Positions 1 through 9,957 of a stretch of 64,000 nt of DNA are shown piece after piece (the stretch's first letter is position 1; each line of letters begins with the position of its first letter). A program made the translations under genes and the position numbers. The notes beneath the pieces were generated by a model, which was not told where the DNA came from, did not search any database, and saw only the letters and a program-made list of their open reading frames with translations. Location: assembly GCA_040399745.1 (NCBI GenBank), contig JBBARP010000001.1:202617-266616 (forward strand). The letters run 5' to 3'. The stretch comes from Bdellovibrionia bacterium. GTDB taxonomy: Bacteria; Bdellovibrionota; UBA1018.

Positions 1-578
1 TTGAATTCACCGACCAGTTTCTGAAGGTCTTCGGCCGTGAGTTCAGTGTCGGACTCAACCCCGCGTGTGTGTTTCAGATCTTCGAGCGCTGCTTCGAAGT
101 TGTTGGTGTGGATGTCGAGCACCACGTCCGAGTACATGGCGATGAAACGGCGGTAGCTGTCCCAAGCGAAACGGGGGTTGCCCGTTTCCTGAATCAAACC
201 CTGAACCGTCTGATCGTTCAGGCCGAGGTTCAGAATCGTGTCCATCATGCCGGGCATGGACGCACGCGCGCCCGAACGCACGGAGACCAAAAGCGGGCGC
301 TTGGCTGAGCCGAATTTTCGGCCCATTTGGCGCTCCATCTTAGCCAGGGCCTTTTCCACCTGAGCCTTCAGGCCCGTGGGATAGCTCTGCTTCCGGGCGT
401 AATACCAGGTGCAGACTTCCGTGGTGAGAGTGAATCCCGGAGGCACGGGCAAGCCCAAGCGAGTCATCGCATGGAGATTTGCGCCTTTGCCTCCCAAGAG
501 CGTCTTCTGGTCCTCCCGGCCGTCGGCCTTACCGCCTCCGAACGAATAAACCAGCTTGGACGCCTTGGTCTTAGCCAT
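1..578 (-). CDS. ppdK: Pyruvate, phosphate dikinase, N-terminal part (runs off window start)
   Basis: My translation from ATG at 578: [20 protein letters not shown]...LLGGKGANL...[12 protein letters not shown]...[27 protein letters not shown], the PPDK signature motifs. Missing from the ORF track because it is truncated. Confidence 0.95.
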   Translation of the reverse strand, partial: MAKTKASKLVYSFGGGKADGREDQKTLLGGKGANLHAMTRLGLPVPPGFTLTTEVCTWYYARKQSYPTGLKAQVEKALAKMERQMGRKFGSAKRPLLVSVRSGARASMPGMMDTILNLGLNDQTVQGLIQETGNPRFAWDSYRRFIAMYSDVVLDIHTNNFEAALEDLKHTRGVESDTELTAEDLQKLVGEF

Positions 579-584
579 GACAGC

Positions 585-1958
585 TCACTTTCCCCAGTTA
601 TCGATTTTCTCGTCCAGGTACTGCACCAGCTTGTCGGCTGGAATGCGTTCCTGAGTCATCAAGTCGCGGTGCCGCACCGTCACCGTGTGATTCGACAAAG
701 TGTCGTAATCGATGGTGATCCCAAACGGAGTGCCGATCTCGTCCTGACGGCGGTAACGCTTGCCGATCGAGCCCGAGTCGTCGCGGTCGACGCGGAACTT
801 CTTGCGAAGGTCGGCCGAGACTTTGTCGGCGTATTCCATCAGCTCGGGCTTCTTCATCAGCGGGAACACCGCTGCTTTGAAGGGCGCAAGTTTTGGGTGA
901 AGCTTCAGCCAAACGCGCTCGTTGTCCGAGCGGTAAGCGTCGGTGAGGGCCACCAGCAAGAAGCGGTCGCAACCCACGGAAGTTTCCACGATGTAGGGCA
1001 AGTAGCGCTCTTTGGCTTCTTCGTCGAAGTACTCGAGCTTCTTGCCGCTGAACTCTTGGTGGCGTCCCAAGTCGAAGTCCGAGCGGTTGTGAATACCCTC
1101 GAGTTCCTGCCAGCCGAACGGGAACAAGTACTCGATGTCAAAAGCGGCTTTGGCGTAGTGGGCAAGTTCGCCCGGGCCGTGCGCGTGGAAGCGGAGCTTC
1201 TCTTTACGAATGCCCAAGTCCAAGTGCCACTGAATGCGCTGCTCTTTCCACTTCTCAAACCAATCCATGTCCGAGCCCGGCTTGACGAAGTACTGCATCT
1301 CCATCTGCTCGAACTCACGCGTGCGGAAAATGAAGTTTCCGGGAGTGATTTCGTTTCGGAACGCTTTGCCGATTTGAGCGATGCCAAACGGCAGCTTCTG
1401 GCGCATCGACTGCTGCACGTTCAGGAAGTTCACGTAGATGCCTTGAGCCGTTTCGGGCCGCAAGTAAACGATCGAGGCAGAATCCTCGAGCGGACCCATG
1501 TGGGTCTTGAACATCAGGTTGAACTGGCGAGGCTCGGTCAGTTGGCAATCGCTGCCTTCACCGGGCTTCTTCGAGGGCTTGTTCCCGCAATGGGCCATGT
1601 CGAGCTTGTCAGCGCGGAAGCGGCCTTTGCAGGTTTTGCAATCGACGAGCGGATCAACGAAGCCCGACACGTGGCCGGAAGCTTCCCAGACGCGTGGGTG
1701 CATCAAGATGGCAGCGTCGATGCCCTCGATGTCATCCCGGCGAGTCATGGCGTTCCACCAGACGTCCTTCACGTTGCGCTTCAGTTCTGCGCCGAGCGGA
1801 CCGTAATCCCAGCAAGCATTGATGCCGCCGTAGACTTCACTCGACGGGAACACGAACCCGCGGCGCTTAGAAAGCGACACGAGGTCTGCCATGTCCTGGA
1901 TGTCTTTGGCAGGACCGGGATCTTTTTCGACCAGCTTTTCGGTTTGATTTTCGCTCAT
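585..1958 (-). CDS. glyQS: Glycine--tRNA ligase, homodimeric (alpha2, GlyQS) type
   Basis: [47 protein letters not shown], and C-terminal anticodon domain [14 protein letters not shown]. Start moved to the ATG at 1958 (GAGGT upstream). Confidence 0.95.
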   Translation of the reverse strand: MSENQTEKLVEKDPGPAKDIQDMADLVSLSKRRGFVFPSSEVYGGINACWDYGPLGAELKRNVKDVWWNAMTRRDDIEGIDAAILMHPRVWEASGHVSGFVDPLVDCKTCKGRFRADKLDMAHCGNKPSKKPGEGSDCQLTEPRQFNLMFKTHMGPLEDSASIVYLRPETAQGIYVNFLNVQQSMRQKLPFGIAQIGKAFRNEITPGNFIFRTREFEQMEMQYFVKPGSDMDWFEKWKEQRIQWHLDLGIRKEKLRFHAHGPGELAHYAKAAFDIEYLFPFGWQELEGIHNRSDFDLGRHQEFSGKKLEYFDEEAKERYLPYIVETSVGCDRFLLVALTDAYRSDNERVWLKLHPKLAPFKAAVFPLMKKPELMEYADKVSADLRKKFRVDRDDSGSIGKRYRRQDEIGTPFGITIDYDTLSNHTVTVRHRDLMTQERIPADKLVQYLDEKIDNWGK

Positions 1959-2000
1959 AAATTCGACCTCAGAGGTAACAGAGGCAGGCAATCGCCGCAA

Positions 2001-3257
2001 TCAAGCCGAGCCGAAAAACTGGAGGCACAGCGTGATGACGGTGGCGTTCACGAAGTCGACAAAACAAGCGCCGACGAGCGGAACCACCAGGTAAGCACGG
2101 GGAGCCGGGCCATAGCGGCGAGTCACGGCTTCCATATTGGCCATGGCATTGGCCGTAGTGCCCAGCATGAAGCCCACGAAGCCTCCGCCCATGACGGCTG
2201 CGTCGTAGTCTTTTCCGGATAGGCGGTACACCACTTGGGACGCAATCACCCAGACCACGACCGCTTGAACGGCCAGGATCAGCATCAAAGTGCCGGCCAG
2301 GCTCGAGAGTTGGCTGAGGCGCAGGGTCAAAGTGGCTAGGACCAAGAAGTAAGAAAGGGCTGCCGAACCGATTTCCTCGATCCAGGCGTCTTCCAGGCTT
2401 GCGGGCTTTCCGTCTTTTTTCGGGCGGTCATGCCAGTTCCGGATGAGAGCTGCCACGATCATGGCGCCAATGTAGATGGGCAGCGTGATGCCGCGATCTT
2501 GGATCCATTTACCTAAAGTCGCGCCCAAGGCCATGACAATGAGGAAGAACTTCATGTGGCGCATGAAGTTCGCAGGATCGAGCTGCGGAGCATTCACGCT
2601 GTGCGAGGCTACTTCCTGTGCGGCTGCCGAGACAGCAGCTGCTGCGGCAGGCTGGCCCGCGCCGCTGCCTTTTAGGCCATGGCGGGTCATCAGGCGCGAA
2701 GTGAGCGGAGCACCGAGAAGGCCGCCCATGACAATCCCCAGGAGCGCGCAGGCCGTTCCAATGGGACCTGCACCGATGACGCCTGCTTTTTCAAACGCGG
2801 GCGAAAAGGCGAGGGCCGTTCCCGGGCCGCCGGTGAGGGACACCGAGCCTGCCAGAACGCCTAAGAGCGGATGCTGGCCCAGGGACTTGGCCAAAGTCAT
2901 GCCGACGGCGTTTTGAACCAGCAAAATGACCGAACAAAGAATCAGAAACCGAACCACCTGCGGACCGCCGGCTTTCAGGTTTCGCCAAGAAGCCATCCAA
3001 CCGATGCTGAGAAAGAAAGCGATCATCAGAGGGGTCTGAAGCGCCAAATCGAAAGTGAAGGTCAGGCCGCCCACGACTTCCGCCACCGTGAAACCAAAGC
3101 AAAGAAGAAGTCCGCCCAAGACCGGCTCAGGCAAGCAAAGCTTAGAAAGAGTCGGGAAAAAGCGGGTCAAACCTTTGCCGACCAAAATTCCCAAAGCGGC
3201 CAACGCCAGGGTTTCGATCAAAGAGAATGCATGGAACGGAGTAATGCCTGGGTTCAT
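2001..3257 (-). CDS. gltS: Sodium/glutamate symporter (GltS/ESS family)
   Basis: Polytopic membrane protein with LPEPVLGG, SLTGGPGT (usually GGHGT), GFMLGTTANAMANM and VVPLVGACFVD motifs. Confidence 0.85.
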   Translation of the reverse strand: MNPGITPFHAFSLIETLALAALGILVGKGLTRFFPTLSKLCLPEPVLGGLLLCFGFTVAEVVGGLTFTFDLALQTPLMIAFFLSIGWMASWRNLKAGGPQVVRFLILCSVILLVQNAVGMTLAKSLGQHPLLGVLAGSVSLTGGPGTALAFSPAFEKAGVIGAGPIGTACALLGIVMGGLLGAPLTSRLMTRHGLKGSGAGQPAAAAAVSAAAQEVASHSVNAPQLDPANFMRHMKFFLIVMALGATLGKWIQDRGITLPIYIGAMIVAALIRNWHDRPKKDGKPASLEDAWIEEIGSAALSYFLVLATLTLRLSQLSSLAGTLMLILAVQAVVVWVIASQVVYRLSGKDYDAAVMGGGFVGFMLGTTANAMANMEAVTRRYGPAPRAYLVVPLVGACFVDFVNATVITLCLQFFGSA

Positions 3258-4978
3258 GGGGATTCGGCTCCTGAGTGAAAGCGAGCATATTCGCCGCTAA
3301 GGGCGAGAAGTTCGTCGTGACGGCCAGATTCCACTACTTGGCCGTTTTTGATGACGAGGATTCGGTCTGCGTTTTGGATCGTGGAAAGTCGGTGAGCGAT
3401 GACGAGTGTCGTTCGGCCACGCATGAGTTCTTCGAGCGCCTCTTGAACAGCCTTTTCCGAGCGATTATCGAGCGCCGAAGTGGCTTCGTCGAGGATCAGA
3501 ATCGGCGCTTTGCGAAGGAAAGCGCGCGCAATGCTGAGGCGTTGTTTTTCTCCGCCGGAGAGTTTCTGGCCGCGATCCCCGATGCGGGTTTCAAAGCCAT
3601 CTGACAAGCGCTCGATGAATTCCAGCGCATGCGCCCTGCGTGCGGCTTCGCGGATTTCTTCGAATGATGCGTCCAGGTTTCCGCAGCGGATGTTCTCGGC
3701 CACAGTGTCGTTAAAGAGGAAAATGTCCTGGCTCACGACAGCCATCATTCCTCGCAGATCTGAAAGCTTCAGGTCGCGAATGTCTTGGCCATCGAGCGTG
3801 ATCGATCCGGCCGTGACGTCAAAAACCCGGGGAAGAAGGCTGACGAGCGAGCTTTTTCCGGCGCCCGAGGCACCGACCAGAGCCACAGCCTGGCCCTTGG
3901 GAATGTCAAAGCTCACGCCGCGAAGCACTTCCCTTTCAGCCGCGTCGGGGTAAGCAAAGCGCACATCCATCAGGCGAATACGGTCGTGAAGCTCGGAAAT
4001 GGGCTTAGGATCAGGCGATTCGGTCAGGCGCGTTTTCCAGTCAAAGACTTGAAAAATGCGCTCACACGCTGCTGAAGCGGTGTGAAGCTTCATGCTGACG
4101 TCGTTCAGGAGGCGAATCGGATGCATCATCAGGCCGAAGGCCAAAAAGAAGGCAAAGAGCTCGCCCGAAGTCATTTGTCCGGCCAGAACCTGAGATCCGC
4201 CGTAGTGAATGACCAGAGCGATGGCAAAAGCCGTGATCAATTCCACCATGGGGTGGGAGGCCTCTTCGAGCGCTGAAGTTTTCAGAAGAATCCGGGTGAA
4301 TTCGCCCGTTTGGCCTAAGAACCGCTTTTGAACGTAGTTTTCGAGCCGGTAAGACTGAACGATCCGAACTCCGGTGAAGCTTTCTTGAAGTGTGGAATAG
4401 ATGCGCGCGCTTTCTTCGGTGATTTTCGAAATGTAGCGCTTCAAGTTCCTGCCCGTGATGCGGAATACCCAAGCGAGGGGCGGGAAAATCAGGAAGAGAA
4501 AAAGAGTGAGCCGCCAATTCAAATGAAGGGCGTAGCCGAAGAGAAAAAGAAAAGTGATGGGCTCGCGAATGAGTACGTTCAGCGAAGCCAGGCCGTTATC
4601 GACCATCTGGGTGTCGTTAGCGACCCGCGAGATCAGGCTTCCCGTGCTTTGCGAGGTGAAATAGTCGGCCGAAAGCCCCATCAGATGACCGAAAAGATCG
4701 TTCTTCAGGGCCTGGTTGGTTCGCACCACCACGATGCGCATGAAGTAATAGTGCAAAAACCGAATGACGAAATTCACCAGGTAAAGACCGATGAAAAGCG
4801 CCGAAAACTGCCAAAGCAGGGAAGCGTCGTTTCCTGGCTTCAAGTTATCGACGAGCTTCTGAACCATGGGCGCAGGAGCCGTGCGAATAGCGGAAAGCGG
4901 GATAGCCAAGGCAAGGCTTCCCAAGAGAAGGCCCATTTGGGGCTTCAGATAAGGTTTTAGTCGCAACAATGAGCTCAT
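3254..4978 (-). CDS. msbA: MsbA-like ABC exporter (fused TMD-NBD), probable lipid A-core flippase
   Basis: ABC transmembrane domain, Walker A GASGAGKS, signature LSGGEKQR, DEATSALD, AHRLSTI. Divergent from an LPS sugar gene. Confidence 0.75.
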   Translation of the reverse strand: MSSLLRLKPYLKPQMGLLLGSLALAIPLSAIRTAPAPMVQKLVDNLKPGNDASLLWQFSALFIGLYLVNFVIRFLHYYFMRIVVVRTNQALKNDLFGHLMGLSADYFTSQSTGSLISRVANDTQMVDNGLASLNVLIREPITFLFLFGYALHLNWRLTLFLFLIFPPLAWVFRITGRNLKRYISKITEESARIYSTLQESFTGVRIVQSYRLENYVQKRFLGQTGEFTRILLKTSALEEASHPMVELITAFAIALVIHYGGSQVLAGQMTSGELFAFFLAFGLMMHPIRLLNDVSMKLHTASAACERIFQVFDWKTRLTESPDPKPISELHDRIRLMDVRFAYPDAAEREVLRGVSFDIPKGQAVALVGASGAGKSSLVSLLPRVFDVTAGSITLDGQDIRDLKLSDLRGMMAVVSQDIFLFNDTVAENIRCGNLDASFEEIREAARRAHALEFIERLSDGFETRIGDRGQKLSGGEKQRLSIARAFLRKAPILILDEATSALDNRSEKAVQEALEELMRGRTTLVIAHRLSTIQNADRILVIKNGQVVESGRHDELLALSGEYARFHSGAESP

Positions 4979-5013
4979 GCGGAAGCCCGGGACCTTATGC
5001 TAAACCCGGGCGT

Positions 5014-6564
5014 ATGGCGAGGATTCTGGTCGTAGGCGGCGCAGGTTACGTGGGCGGGGCAGCCGTGGCCCATTGGGTGGATCGCGGCGATCAGGTCTGG
5101 GTGCTCGACGATTTGTCGACAGGCCACCAGGTGACCGTCCTAGGTCAGGGCCTAACCGTGGCCCGAGCGGGCGATCAGGCTGTGGTGGGAAAGCTTTTAA
5201 AAGAGCACACCTTTGATGCCGTGGCTCATTTTGGGGCTTTTATTTCGGTCGGCGAAAGCGTTCAGAACCCATCGAAATACTTCGAAAATAACGTCGAGCA
5301 GACCCGCCTTTTACTCGAGACTTTGCTTGAAAACGGCGTGAAGCGCTTCATCTTCTCTTCCACCGCGGCCGTGTATGGCGAGACCGGGGAAGGCCCGATT
5401 CACGAGGAGCTGCCGCGAAAGCCCATCAACCCTTACGGGGAAACGAAGCTTCAAGTGGAGCAGCTTCTGGAAGAGTTTTCCCGCACGCGGGGGCTTCAGG
5501 CTGTGGCGTTTCGGTACTTCAACGCCGCCGGAGCAGAACCTAAACTTCGCACCGGAGAATGGCACGAAGAGGAGACGCACCTCATTCCTCGAATCTTGGA
5601 TGCCGCAATCGGTGGACGCTCGGTTCAAGTTTATGGCCGCGACTACGCCACACCGGATGGCACCTGCATTCGGGATTACATCCACGTGACGGATCTGGCG
5701 CGCGCCCATGCAGCGGGGCTCGACTGGCTTCTTGAGCAAACTGAGGGCGGCGTTTTTCAGGCCATGAATTTGGGCAGTGGGCATGGGTATTCGGTCTTGG
5801 AAGTGATTCAAGCCGCCGAAAAAGCCGTCGGTCGAAGGATCGAAGTGGTGTCTCACCCCAGGCGTGCTGGGGATTCGGCGCGGCTCGTGGCCGATGCTTC
5901 CAAAGCCAAAAAGCTTCTAGGCTTTCAGCCTCAGCTTGGCTTGGACCAAATCTTAGAGACGGCCTGGGCTTGGGAAAAAAAGCGGCGTGAGCCGAAGCGC
6001 GCGGTTTTCTTGGACCGCGATGGAACTCTGAACGTGGACCCGGGGTATTTAAATCATCCCGAGAAATTAGAACTGATTCCGGGCGTTCCCGAAGCGCTCA
6101 AACGCTTGAAAGAGGCGGGCTATTGGCTCGTGGTGGTTTCTAACCAATCGGGAGTGGGGCGGGGACTCATCCCGCTCGAAATGCTCCCCCGCATTCACGA
6201 TCGCATGGATGAAATCCTTCGGCCCAAGGGTGGTTCGATTGATGATTACTCGCTTTGCATTCATCACCCCGATGCAGGCTGCGATTGCCGAAAGCCAAAG
6301 CCTGGGCTTCTTCTGCAAGCAGCGCAGCGACTCGGGATCGATCTGAAAGCTTCGTTCATGGTGGGCGATAAGCCAGTCGATGTGGAAGCAGGGCGCGGAG
6401 CCGGAGTGCGCGGCTGTGTGGTCGTGCGGACCGGAGAAGGCAAAGGCACCGAAGCCGAGCTTTCTCGCTCAAGCCAACTCAAAGCCGATCACGTGGCAGA
6501 TGATTTGCTCGCAGCATCGGCTTGGATTTTAGCCCAGGGATTGCCGGCTTCCTCGAGCGCGTGA
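5014..6564 (+). CDS. galE-gmhB: Fusion of UDP-glucose 4-epimerase (GalE) and heptose-1,7-bisphosphate phosphatase (GmhB)
   Basis: N-terminal GGAGYVG, YGETK (YxxxK), RYFNAAGA, DGTCIRDYIHV. C-terminal HAD FLDRDGTL, SNQSG, CIHHPDAGCDCRKPKPG, MVGDK. Start set at MARILVV (5014). Confidence 0.9.
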   Translation: MARILVVGGAGYVGGAAVAHWVDRGDQVWVLDDLSTGHQVTVLGQGLTVARAGDQAVVGKLLKEHTFDAVAHFGAFISVGESVQNPSKYFENNVEQTRLLLETLLENGVKRFIFSSTAAVYGETGEGPIHEELPRKPINPYGETKLQVEQLLEEFSRTRGLQAVAFRYFNAAGAEPKLRTGEWHEEETHLIPRILDAAIGGRSVQVYGRDYATPDGTCIRDYIHVTDLARAHAAGLDWLLEQTEGGVFQAMNLGSGHGYSVLEVIQAAEKAVGRRIEVVSHPRRAGDSARLVADASKAKKLLGFQPQLGLDQILETAWAWEKKRREPKRAVFLDRDGTLNVDPGYLNHPEKLELIPGVPEALKRLKEAGYWLVVVSNQSGVGRGLIPLEMLPRIHDRMDEILRPKGGSIDDYSLCIHHPDAGCDCRKPKPGLLLQAAQRLGIDLKASFMVGDKPVDVEAGRGAGVRGCVVVRTGEGKGTEAELSRSSQLKADHVADDLLAASAWILAQGLPASSSA

Positions 6565-6620
6565 TAGCCCTGAAACGAATCGGCGGGGGTGGAGCCGACA
6601 AACGTTTTAGGGGTGGGTCG

Positions 6621-7256
6621 ATGCGAAAGTCCTTCCAAGTGCGGCTTTGGGGAATGGGTCTGATCCTAGCTTTTTCGCTTCTTGCTGAACTGCCTGAGGC
6701 CCGTGCGATGGGACGCGGCCCCTTAAGAGGCGAACTTCGCTTGGCAGAAGGCCATCCCGAGCGGCCGATTGTTTTCATCGATAAGGACCTGATGAAGCGG
6801 GCCGTGATTGGCGGAAAAGCTCAGCTCAGGCTGTCAAACGGGCGCGGAAACTTCGTTCTGAAAACGGAGTTTGGCGAAACGATTGAAGTAAAAGTCCCGC
6901 AATTTCGGAAAAAGGGCTCGGACCTGACTCGCTTCACTTTGCGCGGCGCTGACTTTGGCCAGCCGCTGGATTGGCGCGCTGAGATGCTGGTTCGAATCAC
7001 CGAGTGGGAAGACTCGCGGCGCATTTTGGAATCGTGTCAGGCGGCGATGGAGTCTTGGTGCGCGGCACGTGGATGTCAGGGCACTCAGTGGGCGTATCAG
7101 CGCTTTCGGAAGCGCGAAGAGAATTTCGTCCTCGCGTTTGTGGCTCCCGAGACGGCCGAAGAATACGGCCGTTTTACTGCGGAGCCACACGTCGATAAGC
7201 GTGTTGTGGGATCACGCCCCGTGACTCCGTGCGTGCACCGACAGTTTTATCCGTAA
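6621..7256 (+). CDS. Hypothetical secreted protein
   Basis: Signal peptide-like N-terminus from ATG 6621 (MRKSFQVRLWGMGLILAFSLLA...ARA), four C-terminal Cys, fills the gap between neighbours. Confidence 0.6.
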   Translation: MRKSFQVRLWGMGLILAFSLLAELPEARAMGRGPLRGELRLAEGHPERPIVFIDKDLMKRAVIGGKAQLRLSNGRGNFVLKTEFGETIEVKVPQFRKKGSDLTRFTLRGADFGQPLDWRAEMLVRITEWEDSRRILESCQAAMESWCAARGCQGTQWAYQRFRKREENFVLAFVAPETAEEYGRFTAEPHVDKRVVGSRPVTPCVHRQFYP

Positions 7257-8083
7257 GGCTGCGACGTCAGAAGTGACTCGAGTCCCAGGAATCGAAGGCT
7301 CTTCATCGGCATGCGGTCAAAGCCAGGAACGTGAAAAGCGAACAGGGCCTCAAGAAACGAGAAGAGTTTTTTGTGCTCTTCTGTCGAAGCTTGAAGGTGC
7401 GCGCTGATTCCTTTGATGGGCTGGTGAAGGGAAAGTTCGAGATCCAAAATGGCCAACGGCGAGAGGCTGAGGGAAAGCTGATGCACGTTGGCAGTTCCTA
7501 GCGCGCTTTGGCCACTTCGCTGGGTGGGCCGACACGCAGGACAGGTCCAGCCCGCGTCGGCAATGTGAGCTCGAAGCTGCGCTCCTGAAGCGATCGCCGA
7601 AGCGGTGATTCCGCATTCCAGGCAAGCGCCGATCGGGGGCTGATTGCCACTCCATTGCAGCACTTTCCCGAGGTAAGCGTTCAGAAGCCCGATCGAGCCG
7701 TGGCCCTCTTCGATCGCCGCAAGGGCGTTTGCGTGAAGTTTGAAAAGATCCGCGCAAGGTTCCCGCTCGGGCGCCACTTTCAGCATCACTTCGTTTAGAA
7801 GCGAGGCAAGGCTCAGGCGTTCGAAATCCTTTCGAAGACCCTCAAAGCTCCTTCGGATGGTGGCTTGATCGACCCGGTAAAGGTCTGCGCCTGGCTTTCC
7901 GACGAACGTCCATTCGGCAGCGGCAAAAGGTTCCAGAGCTCCGCCGAAGCGGCGCGATTGAATGGAGTTCCGGGCCATGGCGGAAATTCGGCCGTGGTTC
8001 TCGGTCAGCGCCGTGACGATTCGGTGGCGTTCCTCGAAAGGAACGGACCTAAGCGTGATGGCGAGGTCGCGCCGAGGCTCCAT
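7247..8083 (-). CDS. recO: DNA repair protein RecO
   Basis: ITLRSVPFEERHRIVTALTENHGRISAMARN...SRRFGGALEPF OB-fold N-terminus, and Zn-finger CLEC...CPAC. Confidence 0.9.
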   Translation of the reverse strand: MEPRRDLAITLRSVPFEERHRIVTALTENHGRISAMARNSIQSRRFGGALEPFAAAEWTFVGKPGADLYRVDQATIRRSFEGLRKDFERLSLASLLNEVMLKVAPEREPCADLFKLHANALAAIEEGHGSIGLLNAYLGKVLQWSGNQPPIGACLECGITASAIASGAQLRAHIADAGWTCPACRPTQRSGQSALGTANVHQLSLSLSPLAILDLELSLHQPIKGISAHLQASTEEHKKLFSFLEALFAFHVPGFDRMPMKSLRFLGLESLLTSQPYG

Positions 8084-8091
8084 ACGTCTTT

Positions 8092-8135
8092 AAAACTCCT
8101 TGCCCCAGAGTCTTAGCACGGGCTCTGGGGCAAGG
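8092..8135 (-). terminator. Hairpin, likely terminator of the peptidase gene, overlapping the recO RBS
   Basis: Perfect 13-bp inverted repeat CCTTGCCCCAGAG (8098-8110) / CTCTGGGGCAAGG (8123-8135), followed on the minus strand by AGTTTTA. Confidence 0.6.
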
Positions 8136-8142
8136 TGGGAAA

Positions 8143-9957
8143 TCACTGAGTCAATGACTGAGAAGAAGCCAGGCGGCCCTTCTCGATTAACGTGGTGCGA
8201 AGGCCCGTCATGTAGCGGTAGCTCATGCCGACGACTTCTTTTTTTCCTCGAGGTGCAATCAAGGTGATGGCCCCGAGTTCCCGGAGGCCCAGCGCCTGGG
8301 TCAGGTCAGTGCCGCCCAGTTGACCGAGCAGTTTTCCAAGAAGGCCTCGGTGGATATTCCGGGTTCGGGCCTCGGTTTGAATCGTTTCATCACCCAAGTC
8401 CAGGGTCAGGCTTGGGCCTACGGTGGTCTTCGTTTTCCCAGGGGTGACCAGGAGTCGCATCAGCTTGGGAGGTGCAAAGCGCGTGGCGGCGCTTGCTAGG
8501 CCTTGAGCTTCACGAAGGACATCCATCGCGTTTCGAGCCGCTTTGAAGTCGTCGTGATGGGTCCCTTCTGCAATGGGCAGCCGAGTTTCTGCATCCACGA
8601 TAGAAAGAACGGATTGATCGAGGGTCTTGACCAAGAGCCAAAGCGCGCGGCTCAGCACAGGAGTCACGCCGCGAGTCTGGCTCAGGCCCGAGCGCACCAG
8701 AATCCACTGAGTGAGGGCCCCATCCACGGCAGGGCCTGGAATGGGTTGCCCCAGGGATTCCACGAGCGTGCGTTCCCAAGAAGGGAAGGCCCAGAAGCTT
8801 TGCAGCGCGCTGCCCTCGGGGGATTCGATCCAGTAGTCGCTCGTTTTCTTTTCGCCTTCTCGTTCCGAAAGAGCCGGAAGAACGGAAGGATCAATGTCGA
8901 CTGAGGGCGACATGAGTCCACTCGATTCCCAAGCCTCAAGCGCCGCTGCGGAAAGAAGCTGGCCACTCGATGCCAAGGTTCCTGAGAAAGCGAGATTCAG
9001 TACGTGTGCACGAAACACGTCGCTCATGCGAAGCGTTGGCTTTCTTCCGAGTTCGAGCATCGCATCCAAGACGGCGCGATCGGCCTGACGTGGGTCGGCG
9101 GCAAGTTTTCTGAGGTGAATCAGCACGGACGCGACCACTTCTCCGACAGCGTGAGCTTCGGTGTCGCCCGTGGATTTCCTGATTTCGCTTTCGTCGCGGA
9201 TATTTCCTCCGCGAGTCATCACGCGGCCCATCACAGGCGATTCCAAAATCACGTAAGCCAAATAATCGGCAAACGCTTCGTGAAGACCGAAAGTTTCCGG
9301 GTTTAAGGCGCTTCCGATCAAAGCCTCAAACACCGAGTGCGCGGCTTCGTGAATGATGACCGCTGGATCGTTCGCAGAAGGTGCGGGGGTGCCGAGAGGT
9401 CCTACCGAAGCAAAGGACTTCTTCCCCTTCAAAAAAGTCAGCGACCAATTTCTTTCAAAAAAGAAAGCGTTGTTCGTGTTGGGAAGACCGTTCGTGGGGC
9501 TTTCCACGTCGCGGTCGATGTGGACGACCAGGCGTTTCGTGGGGCGAAAGCCATAGCCTTCCATGACGTCGAACATCCGGTTGGCCCAATAATAAACGTT
9601 GGCTTGGCGAATCAGATGCGACTCGGTGCGAGGGTCGGCGCGAAGTTCAAAGTCAGGGCCCACGGCAGCGGGCTTCGCTAGGCTCGAGCTGTCGCAACTT
9701 TCCGTGCAAACCACCATCCGCTCGTTCTGAAAAAAGACAGCCGGATAGGGGGATTGATAAGCGTGACTCGGAACGGAGACACTCACTTTGCCGAGAAGCA
9801 CATGAGGGATCTGAGTGGGCTGAAAATCTTTGAAGACCTGAGGACTCCTAGCCTCGTCGTAGCGACTGACTACAGGGAGCGTCACTTGGGACGCGGCCTG
9901 AGCCAAGGGGGTGGTACTGCTGAACAGGGCCACAACCAACCAGAGGCATCTCTTCAT
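8143..9957 (-). CDS. Secreted gluzincin metallopeptidase-like protein (M4/M36-like)
   Basis: Signal peptide, NNAFF, IIHEAAH (HExxH), GLHEAFADY third ligand motif, downstream EAH. Confidence 0.75.
   Translation of the reverse strand: MKRCLWLVVALFSSTTPLAQAASQVTLPVVSRYDEARSPQVFKDFQPTQIPHVLLGKVSVSVPSHAYQSPYPAVFFQNERMVVCTESCDSSSLAKPAAVGPDFELRADPRTESHLIRQANVYYWANRMFDVMEGYGFRPTKRLVVHIDRDVESPTNGLPNTNNAFFFERNWSLTFLKGKKSFASVGPLGTPAPSANDPAVIIHEAAHSVFEALIGSALNPETFGLHEAFADYLAYVILESPVMGRVMTRGGNIRDESEIRKSTGDTEAHAVGEVVASVLIHLRKLAADPRQADRAVLDAMLELGRKPTLRMSDVFRAHVLNLAFSGTLASSGQLLSAAALEAWESSGLMSPSVDIDPSVLPALSEREGEKKTSDYWIESPEGSALQSFWAFPSWERTLVESLGQPIPGPAVDGALTQWILVRSGLSQTRGVTPVLSRALWLLVKTLDQSVLSIVDAETRLPIAEGTHHDDFKAARNAMDVLREAQGLASAATRFAPPKLMRLLVTPGKTKTTVGPSLTLDLGDETIQTEARTRNIHRGLLGKLLGQLGGTDLTQALGLRELGAITLIAPRGKKEVVGMSYRYMTGLRTTLIEKGRLASSQSLTQ

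Noticed and set aside
327..2222. 631-aa plus-strand ORF
   Set aside because: Antisense shadow of ppdK, glyQS and gltS; no motifs of its own.
6594..6601. sigma28 -10 element GCCGACAA before the 6621 gene
   Set aside because: No TAAA/TCAA -35 at the required spacing.
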